Assembly: GCA_040954595.2 (NCBI GenBank)
Contig: CM082581.2
Coordinates: 11,530,286 to 11,594,285, forward strand
DNA length: 64,000 bases
Direction: 5' to 3'
Origin: Balanoglossus misakiensis
Lineage: Eukaryota > Animalia > Hemichordata
The position numbers were made by a program, and so were the translations under genes. Positions within the stretch are counted from its first letter, which is position 1. Every line of letters begins with the position of its first letter. Positions 11,201 to 21,454 of this stretch are shown piece by piece. A model generated the notes under the pieces. It searched no databases, was not told the DNA's origin, and saw only the letters and a program-made list of their open reading frames with translations.

Positions 11201-14200
11201 TAGAATTGCTAGGAATTGACATTGCCATCGTCTAAAAGCATATTTGCTTTGCAAGCTGACAATACACTAAGCTTTTGTTGCTGTTTTCTATCCATCCATC
11301 CATCCATCCATCCAGCCAACATGTGTGTCACTGTGTGTAAGATTGCTTAGTTGTAAAGTTAAAACATTCCCCACACTCATTGACATTAACAGTAGACCAT
11401 AGGCATCAGACAAATTTGTTGAAAAAGAGGAATCAATTTAAAACTTTAGGTATGGTAACAATTTTGATATCGTGGAGATAGTCTGGTATTTGATACATCT
11501 AAGTATAGTTGCCTATGGTGTGAAGCATGCAAAATGTTGAATAGAAATTGCTGTAGGAGTTATTTACATATATCTCTTGAAATGATATCCAATTTGCAAC
11601 TATTTCTTTGCAAAGGCTCACACTGCAGTCATTGCTCTACAATAATCTTTCTGCATTCATATGGAAAGGATTTGATTTGTGCCGACTTCAGTGATCAGTG
11701 TCACTTCTATGGGCTTCCTGTATTTGTTGCATGTTGAATGTAGATTGAACTTATTTTGACGTCTCTGGAATTTGATTGGCATGTGTGTGGACATTTTTGG
11801 TGGCTGCATGTCCATGAAATCCAGGAAAAATATACAACAACTTTTTATGTCCTTGGAAATATGTGAAAGTTGTATACATATCAATTTTTTTATAGAATAG
11901 TCAAAGAATAAGTCCAGTAGGGATGGTTTATACGATATGTTGTGGTTTGCAAGTACATGTAGTAATAAAGTATATTCAGTTGTTCTGAATATGATTTACA
12001 GTTGACTGTTTGTTTATCCAATGCAGGTTAACTCTTTCCTCCAGTTATGGGATGATTACAAAAAACGTACATCTATGACCAGAGATGTAGCAAGACCATT
12101 AGAATTGGTATGCATAGAAATTATTTTCTAGGTTTGCAATACAAGTATCTGTCCTTATCTGTTAGTGAAAATTCATGATCCATTGATCACCAAGAATTCT
12201 TCGTCATATGCACATGTATTTCATTATTTTTCTACTCTAGAAGATGTTTGAAGTTTGGTTCCAACACTAATTTCCAGTCTTGTTTCAATTTCTTGACAGG
12301 GACGTGTTTTATCTATAATGGGTCAATTCTATGCACACCTGTTGTGGCAGGATGAATTCGCATTGGATGAAGAACAAGTGATCTCTTTCTTGGTATGTGT
12401 TACATACACATGGCTTATTTCTGTGTTTTGTAATTTAAAAACAACACTAAATCAATTGAATCTGTCGTGTGATATGAAATTGACTATTTCCCTAGGGGAA
12501 AAGTCACGTGACCTGTTACCAGGTCACGTGACATAAGGTCACGTCCTGTTACCTGTATGCCTATTTGTACTGCACTGCAGTCTAAAGACTGGAAAAATTA
12601 AAGTAAATTTGTCATCCAATCTCATCTGTCTATCTTTCTTTCTTTCTTTACAGGATGCATTTTACAATTTCTTGCTTGACAGATATATTTTACAAGATGT
12701 TGTTTACTTGTGTGCACACGACTTTATCACGGGGTTAATTGAATTCTCTACAGTTAATAAGGTAAGCCATATCACAGAACTATTAAAGCTAGACTAAACC
12801 AACAAATAACTATGGGAAAAATAATGTTCAAACATACATACTGCCTTAAATTCACTGGTTCAATAGTTTAAATCTAAAGTGTTATCCTTCAATCTGTTAC
12901 AGACTGTGCAGACATTTGCCCACATGTTGGTTGGAAACTTAGATGGAGCCACATTCAGATATTTACTGTTGATTGCTGATTTCATTGATAAAGTGGAATG
13001 GAAGGAAGTGTCTGACTTCAAAGTGTTTGCCTCAGCCATCTACCCATTCCTTACGGTGAGTAATTAAATGACCTCCCCCCCCCCCTCCCCAATTTTTGGC
13101 TCCCATGTATGTATGTATGTATCTATGTATCTATGTATGCAAAGTGAGTGAGAGTTTTCTCTGACTTTTGATTTTTAATGAAATCTTCGATTTATTCCAA
13201 CAGGATGATGAGCTTGACCAATTGTCCCTCGGCTATACATCCTTCAGCGAGAATAAAATCTCTAAAGGTCTTGTTCAGGAATACTTCATGTATGTCGTCC
13301 TTAAATACAGAGAGCCGAGATTTCAAGATGTAAGTCTTCCAAGAAGAACATTTTCTCCTGTGATCCAGATGTCACATGACTTATCTGAATTGTACAATTG
13401 TACATCAGACTGTCAGAAATAAACCACAGTCCCTCAAGGGTCTGTTGTTAATATGGTGCTAGAGATTCTGTGTTTCTTTTCTCCAGTAAGTTAAACATAG
13501 TCCTAGTAAATTGTGTTTCTTTTCTCTAGTGTGAAGCCAAACTTCTACAGCATCCTGGGAAGGAACCTGGTGCCATGAACAACAAGGAATTCTCAGAAGC
13601 ACTTGATGCTATCGCACCCTTAGCCAATGAGAAACTACGTAACAGACTCTTCCAAGAAGCAGAGGCCATGTGTAGTGACAATGGTCGTGTCAATGTCATG
13701 AAACTTTCACGTATCCTTGGCTTGTCAAGTGCAGTTTATAATAATGAAGTTTTGGTCAATATTTTGTTAAAAAGTCCATTTTTCATAAATAACTTGTCTT
13801 GTTGCTTTTTGGTTTGGTCCACAGTGTGTTCTAATTATGTTTTAAAATTAAATACCTCCAAGAATTTTCAAACATACTGACAAGCTGTTTTACCATTATC
13901 TTTTGAACTACTCACTGATAATTCTTCCTTAATGAAAAATTCATTCAGAAATAACTGCATACTTGTTATTACAGCAAGTAGCACCATTGCTCAGACAGAA
14001 TCTCTGTCTGAAAATCGAACAGGGAAGAGTTCGACCTACCAGTGAGATGTCATGTGAGTAATCATTGCTGTCTGGTGTGTCAAGAGAGAGGAACATCTTA
14101 TCTTACCAAAGTCCCGTGCATATATTCACTGTCTTGATATGTTTACATGTTTTGTATCAAAACAAATTCGTGTCATTTTTTTTTTTCATCTGTAGTTGCT

Positions 14201-14593
14201 ACAAGCAGCATGACATTTGAATCACGGGTGGTGGAAGATGAGTTCGAGCTGCTGACGCTAACAAAACTGAAAAATCTTGCAAAGAATGTTGCAAGGTACG
14301 TATTTTACCCACAAAGCTCTTACAGAAGGCTTAGCTAATTTCTTCGGGGATTTTTTTGCCTCTTATGCAACTCAAAGCCTTCTAGAAATCTAAAAATTGG
14401 TATCCAATTGAATTGATTTTTCAGGAGAGCAACAGTACGCAGTATGCGCAGAATCGAAAATGATTTGGCAACGAGCATTCCTGTATTGAGAGAAGAAGAT
14501 GAATATGATTTCAGTGCAGAGGGTGATAAAGGAGCTGACGATGATGATGATGAGGAGGAGGAGGATTATGAAGATGGGATGGATGAGACATGA
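5282..14593 (+). CDS. Uncharacterised multi-exon coiled-coil protein, TSNAXIP1-like, with a CxxC..CPH motif, degenerate EF-hand-like C-terminal region and acidic tail. Start uncertain. Well-supported exons approx: 6147-6308, 6500-6652, 6766-6951, 7123-7280, 7393-7460, 7599-7795, 8004-8283, 8417-8600, 8740-8863, 9147-9345, 12028-12107, 12300-12391, 12654-12761, 12904-13055, 13204-13329, 13530-13710, 13949-14052, 14196-14296, 14425-14593
   Basis: Exons with canonical splice sites give TKFEVALIEDAADKKKKGPTESRMVTVFSVFDEVIQQLGVYSIVMKMVRDEMFEAIYS, a long heptad-rich stretch, FCSSCGEKTVICPH, DAFYNFLLDRYILQDVVYLCAHDFITGLIEF and a D/E-rich tail ending GMDET-stop. The TSNAXIP1 resemblance is from memory and is loose. 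Confidence 0.75.
13711..13948 (+). other. U12-type (minor spliceosome) GT-AG intron
   Basis: The 5' end is GTATCCTT. The branch site TTCCTTAAT (13925-13933) lies about 15 nt before the AG, with no polypyrimidine tract. Splicing keeps frame (KLS-Q-ITAYLLLQQ). Confidence 0.85.
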
Positions 14594-16172
14594 GACAATA
14601 TAATAGCATGTATTGTCTTTAAATGGAATCATTAGAACAATGGTTGTACATAGTCTGGTGTGTAAATAGTGTTTTATTTGTTCAAAGATTGGGGGCTCTG
14701 CCTGAACATGATTGTGTTTTTTCTGCTATGTTTTCTGAAGTTAACAGGAATCCGTCCATTCATTTAGCAACCAAGGTGTGACATTGTGATATGACTTTTA
14801 GCATGAATTAATGTTAAAACTCTACATGCATCTGTCTGCCAAGTGATGTAGCACTTCAAGGTAGATGTCAATAAAGTAGCTTTTAGTTGTTTGTACTTGC
14901 TGCCTCTGGTCTTCCCTCACACCCCACCACCATAGAAATACTGGCCTTGCCGGCCCCTGACATGCTTGTGGTTATGGTAAATTGTTACTGCTCAAAATTT
15001 CAGCAGGATGTATGGTCCCACGGGTGGCATCATGCACCGCTCCCAAAAACTAAACATAACCTGTGACAACCCACTCTTCTCATATCCTGCCCGGCACCCA
15101 CCGCAAGCCCTGCATATGATTATTCATGAGCCCACGTATCAGCATCTATATATGTGCCATAGAAAGCCACAGGAACTTCTCGTAGTTTCCTGGAGATAAA
15201 GTTACCATAATGACTCATATGTACACGCCGCAAAATAATTTCCTGTACATTAGCGCACAAATCGTTTTCGGTACTTCCGGCGGGCTGTTAAGTCGGGCGT
15301 GTTGTGTTTATATTACTTGACATCAACAGCTCAATGTCGGATAAACGAAAAGCGCACCAGGTGTTACAATCGGAAGGCTAGAGTTTGAACTCAAAGAGAA
15401 AATCATGGTTTATATACTTTATGTTCGTACCACCATAAGCACAGGCACGTTTACTGCCGCTCCGCGAAGCGATCGAGCTTCGCGGAGTGACAGGAGACGC
15501 GCCTGTGTCACGGTACGGTGCAATGTCAAAGTGGAAGCGCTTTCGACCCCTGAATACACAAACTTTGAGTATATGGTATACACGCAGCCGACTCGCACAC
15601 TTCCGGGATGTTTGGACAGTAATATCAAATAATGCGCACCAAATATGGCGAGGAGAAATGACATCACATATTGATGGGCCAATCACCTCAGTAATGTTAA
15701 TCCGGAATCTCTAAGTTCGGGAGAATGCAGCACTGTAGTGGGGAATACAGGAAACAAGCGGTTATTTTGATGGAAATATTGTTGGGATACCCAGTAAAGT
15801 CCTCTTCTCTGCGAATCTAGGCGCAAGTACTGTTGTTTGAGAGAAGTAATAACATTAGTACCAGTGTTTATTTTTTTTATTCGGAAGGTAAGTCATTTTC
15901 ATGTTTTGCGTGAATTATTCCCCATGTCTTTTTTTCGTGAATGTTTTTTGTTCGAATGTTAAAATTGTGATAAAACTGTAAGTGTTTGCTGTGATATCTC
16001 GTCTTATTCTTTTTTCCGATAAGGCTCATCAAAAATATCGACCGAAAAAGTAATAATGTGATCTGATTTCGCCTCATGAGATACTTTGTGATCAAGAAAC
16101 CAGTCAACTTTGACTATTTTACAAATACTGGTGTTTTTCTTTTTGACAGGTTCGCGTACGCGAAGGAGGGTG

Positions 16173-18095
16173 ATGGCATTTTATGGTAGCAGAACGCCCA
16201 AATTGAACTCATATGGATGTATATGGTATTGTGTTTTAACGGTAATTACGTTCGTATACTTACTGATTGATGGAATCAGCAGGTATAATTATTACAACGG
16301 ACTTTCGTGGTCAGAAGGAGAAAAACCGTCAACGGAACTCGGACTGTACATCTTCATGATGGTTTCGGCGACAGTCTTAATAATTGCTTTTATTCCGACT
16401 CAAATTCTAAAATCTGGAAATCCTGGAAATGATGGAATACACCTCGGAAAGAAAAGGCACGTGAAGAAGTTTGACATGGGATACGACTCAAGAAAAGGCC
16501 CCGGAAAGGCCGAAAAACTTTTGCGCCACGTGGGCCCTATTGGTGCTACTATCCATATGATCTCGGCCTTCTGTTTCCTCTTGCCGATTTTACTATTGCA
16601 AGCTGTTGATGTGAAAGAAGAGTATATACCCAAAAGTAAGACATTTTTGTTAAATTTAAGATTTTAACGCTCATTCTCATGCACGAATGTCGATGAAAAG
16701 TAGAATACTGGTTGAGACTTGTGCCCTCAACGACCGCAAATAAACGTAACCCAGTGGCAGTGGGGATCGTTGACCGGTCGGGGTGGTTGAGTCAATAGTA
16801 TACTGTACTCACTTCACAAACTTGTATGATTAATTATTCAACTGGAACTTGGTATTTGGTATTAGATTTCGTTACTTAACCAACTCCCTTCCGCCTTAAT
16901 AGTAAAACAGATATAAATTGATAGTTAATGGAAAGAAACTTTTTGTATTTCAGAAGCAGTGTGGTGGACAGAGCTAGAGTTTCTCTTTGACAGTTCTGTA
17001 AAGTCTGTAACTCCCGCAGTTCATCAATTTCTGACAACTTCTGCGACTGAAGCATCGACACCAACTGTTACTGTGGCAGTAACGTACACATTCTTCACCA
17101 ATCCTTCCATTTCGATTGCTTTCCTGAACTACCTGATCCCGTTGTTCCTGTACGCCGTTCAGTTTGCCGACACTTTTTGGATGACCAATAAAATATTCAG
17201 CATCCTTTTTGGTGTTGAATTAGTTTTCAGTGCCATCAACCAGGCCTTTGCATATTGCGGGTTTTCGATCCTTTACAAACTTGGTCTGGTAGGATGGGAT
17301 GGTGCAGGAGTTGCAGGTGAACCAGTGATGTACAGTGTGGGATTAGTCGTGTTTTTGTACATAGCAAGTAGCTTTGTAGTGTTTCTGTTTTCATTGGTGA
17401 TATATCTGTATGGACATGGACAACTCCAAAAATCCTATAAGAAGCTACAAGACAAAGAACACCCTGCTGACTTGCAGACAATAAACAGTGTAGCTTTCAA
17501 GTGCAAATCCTTTCTCCCACATATTTTTGCTCTGATTGTTTTTGGATTGTTCATAGCCTTCAGAGTACCATTATTGGTAGAATACTACAATCTCTGTGTG
17601 AGTGTTGGTGATTCTGTAAGTTTAGCTTGTTTGGTACTTGATATCATTTTCATCATTCAGTGGATTCTTCTGTGGTTGCTTTTCACTGTGAGGCAGGACT
17701 GGGAGTTCACTACGAGTTACATTACTGACAGACCAATAGTGAGTAATTCACAGTATTCCACCATGACCATGTCGCGGAAACAGGCAGGAAGCCAGCAGTC
17801 ATTGTCGAAACTTCTAGGCGATGGTATTGAGATGACTGTGGTGAACTCAGGCACCCGTCACAATGTCAAGAATGTGATGAAACAGGAAGCCATCCTGCGA
17901 GCTATGAAGCACCAACATCCTAACTCACCAACCCACAACGGAACGCTGGAAAGAATGCATAGAAACCCACTCCACAAGAGCCAAGACTCTTTGAAAAGTG
18001 AGTGCAGAGAAAAACACCCAAGTCAGAGCCCAGTGCCATCCAGACAGCAGGCAGATCACAGCACTGACAATAATATCCATCCAGACAAGTATTAA
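16173..18095 (+). CDS. tinc: Tincar-like multipass transmembrane protein (coding exons 16173-16635 and 16954-18095)
   Basis: Motifs LNSYGCIWY, KSGNPGNDGIHLG, HVGPIGATIHMISAFCFLLP, VWWTELEFL, ISIAFLNY and FWMTNKIFSILF..AYCGFSILYK match recalled Drosophila tincar-family motifs. There are about 8 hydrophobic segments and a hydrophilic C-tail. Confidence 0.8.
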
Positions 18096-18558
18096 ATCAT
18101 TTGAATGGATGGCAGTAAGAGAAGTCCACCTGACAGCAACATCCTCGTATAATGGAAGTGAATGTCATAGTTTCATAACTTTATATTTATTCCTCTTCGA
18201 AATGTTACATTTCATTGTATATACCTTGTATTCATTCATTAACTTTCAAGATTTGTTTTTGCATACCAGATTGGTGTGGTTATGAACCACTGCCAATTGG
18301 TTTCTTAACTATGACGGCTACCTCTTCAGTTGCATCAGAAAATGCTTGTTTTATTGATATATCATATTAAAAGAACATCTTCTATTTCAACAGCTGAATA
18401 AAAATACACAATGTTTTGTACAAACGACTGATGTCTTGTTGTACACTGGTGTTGTTGTTTTATTCATACATTACTGTAGCATATTTCAATATCTCCTGAC
18501 ATACACTCTGCGATGGAACTTTCATGTACCAGTAACTGACATGGTAATGTTTGTGAAT

Positions 18559-19707
18559 TTACATTGCTGCCTTCATTTCCCATCTCTGCTTGGATTCAAA
18601 TGTCCAAACTGGTTTCGTTCTCTTTTTGGACTTCTTTTCCTCCTCTTCTTCCTAGAATAAGTAAAAATTACCAATAACTTATGAAATTTCACATGTACAA
18701 ATTACAATGCCCTTACAACATGGTAATTTTTATATAATAATGTAGTAAGAAAATATCATAAATATAAGGTAATATTTAACTGTACCTTTCTCTTGATTGC
18801 GAAGTCCCTTGCATCAGCTGCTTCAGCGATTTTTTCACCAAGATCTCTCTGTACAAGTCTTTCATTGAGTTTCTCAGCTGTATCGATATCCCCGTCTGCT
18901 ATGGCTTTATCAATCTCTTTCTCCAGACCAGACTACAGCAAGAAAAAAGAAGGAAGACAACATACCTTCATCTTTTTCATTGTATATATTCAGTTCTGAC
19001 CAGACAGGTCACAACAATCAAGCTTAGATGAACAGCGTGGTTGTATATACTCACCATGGGTGCCAATCTGCCTTGATCTGTGCCCTTGAATCTATCAAAC
19101 ACACCAACATACTGCTTTAAATTTTGCCAGTGTTCTTTTTTCATATCCTCATCATCATCACCAGCATCATTGCTATCATCTCCAACAGAATATGTTTTTT
19201 TCTTGGGTCTTTCAGTATCCGTATCATCACTCTTTGCTTTCTTTCTTCCCCGTTTCCTCCTTTGTCTTTTGTAAGAAGGAATTTTTTCTTTCGATGCTTC
19301 TTCTCGACGCTGTTGAAGGTTTTTGAATTTCTGCAAGATATTGTTATTGCCATTAATCCCTTGACTATCATCATGGGTAGGGTACAGTGATAGTAGTCGA
19401 ATCTCACTATGAAGTGACATTCTGATTGTCACTGACGACTTTGCCTGAGGAACGTATGATTTCATGAGATTTTGTAGATAGTAAAGGGTTGTTCTCGGAA
19501 TATATACATCACCTCCCACATAACACAAGAAATTCCCTTGGGAGGCTGTGCACCATCCATTTCACCTGGAGAGCTGATGCTTGGGCCCGGAACTGACTCG
19601 TCTGGATCGAACGAACGGCATTCTGAATTATTTGATGAAATATCGTCGTTTTCCTCCTCGGCGTCAATATCATTATCCTCGTCAAGTCCTGGGATAATTG
19701 AGAACAT
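18559..19707 (-). CDS. FAM204A: FAM204A (exons 19707-19513, 19330-19055, 18932-18786, 18651-18559)
   Basis: MFSIIPGLDED, PPKGISCVMWEKFKNL, HWQNLKQYVGVFDRF, SGLEKEIDKAIADGDIDTAEKLNERLVQRDLGEKIAEA and WTFESKQRWEMKAAM-stop match the FAM204A family. Splice sites keep frame. Confidence 0.93.
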
Positions 19708-20509
19708 CGTGGATCACGAGTTATGTTACAAAAGTCTGACAGACCATTCAACAGAACTTGTCCATCGGTTTGTTATGGTCGCTGTACGTGTGTTCGTGGA
19801 ATATACCCTCTTTCCTCTTAGAGCTTTACCTTTGACCTCAGTCTGCACCAATCATTGTTGCGGATTTCAGTGACGTACAAGGCTTGGATCTCCGCCATCG
19901 TTCACAGTCTTCGAGGGTTTCCAACTGAAAGGTTTCGACGATATGTAGGTGTTTTCGTCGGAATTCTCCCACTTCTGTCGAATTTTTGATTACTCGAACA
20001 GAACACCTTTGCACAGGATAGTTGGACGAACAAGGAAATGTGTTTGTGTTATCTCTGTAGCTATGTGGCAGTACAGGCTTGTTGACAGACTGTAGGCGAT
20101 AGAAGAGTTCCCCCAAACGAAGACGCCGTGTCCAGGGATACCGTTTACCAAAAAGTGAACGTGATATTTTAAGACTACGCTTAGGATCCTTTCAAAAGAA
20201 ATCGGAAACTCGGTAGGTTTGGATAGCGCATACTTTTGATCCGCTAATCTGTAGGTTTGTTACCAAGGTACCACCCTCCAGATGAAATGGAAATAGGGCA
20301 ACTGGTAAAATTTCGAAATTATATTTTTGTCCACATCAAGGGTCTACATGTACAGATACGAGCATGTAAACTCTCATGTCAATTGTTGAGTGAATTCCAA
20401 ATCGCAGTTTAGAAATGACACCATTGTTTTCTAGAAAGGCAAGCATAATTAGAGCGTGGCACTTTATGCATATTGGCACGACGATCTGTGGTACATCCAT
20501 TGATAAGAC

Positions 20510-20605
20510 TAGCTCTGCGTACAGGTCTGTGTGTTCCCGGCGTTACACGGCCTGTGGGTGGAGGCCGTGTAACGCCGGGAACACACAGACCTGTACGCAG
20601 AGCTA
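20510..20605. mobile_element. Perfect palindromic MITE-like element (44-bp arms, 8-nt spacer)
   Basis: tagctctgcgtacaggtctgtgtgttcccggcgttacacggcct (20510-20553) is exactly reverse-complemented at 20562-20605. It is GC-rich in an AT-rich context and has TA termini. Confidence 0.8.
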
Positions 20606-21454
20606 TGATAAGACATACTTAAATAAAACGTGTGAAATTCGAGCACTGTGCATGAAATGAGACATTGGCAGGTACATGTACAAATGCTGTTTTTGATAGC
20701 CCATTGAAAATAAATAAAATTCAGTCATTCATGTGGTTCCCAAATTCAAAAGCACAGTGGATCTCACATTAGAGAAAAATGTCAAACAAACCAGACCTGT
20801 TCGATATAGATTTGTGTCAAGCATTGAAATGAAAACAAGAGATTGTTCTTACTATGCTTTCCAAGGTGTGCATTTAGCCAAGGAAACAATAGGCCCTTTG
20901 TTACCTCAAACTTACCCATTGTTGGGTTGATTTTAGCTTCTGCTCACTGCTAGAACCTAGCCTTTGTTAAAGAAATAATGGACATTCCAGGTGAGTTACC
21001 TGGTCAACTAACCTGACTGTCTTTGTACATAGTTTTGGCATCATTACAGTCCACTCATTGTTATTGTGTACAACAAGTGTAAATAAAAAAATGTCTGAGC
21101 ATCCATTATTGCAAACAAACACAGAAAGCTGGAGTTATTCAGAAGACCAGTGGAGCAGAATGTAATTGTATATCCACTGAGATCTTACCATTATTCATCA
21201 TGCACATTTGAAGACCTACATTTGTTGATGTGGGCATTACTATAAACATAAAGAATAGACCTTTAGTACCATGGACAGATGAATATCTGATTCCCTGTTA
21301 AAATGACATTATACTGTTATTTTCTTAATCTGTAGGTTTGGTAACAGTGGTCAGGATGTGACTGGATAGACAGATAGACTGATTGATATTAACAACTTCC
21401 TACTATCACAAGCTACTGATTTTACTCGTACCTCATGTTATAACATATGCAAAC

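Noticed and set aside
11393-11449. Possible extra cassette exon in the long intron
   Set aside because: Its only open reading is phase 1-1, which is incompatible with the phase-0 host intron.
15334-15714. Overlapping 75-102 aa ORFs on both strands
   Set aside because: This is the CpG-rich promoter/5'UTR of the tincar-like gene, with no recognisable protein features.
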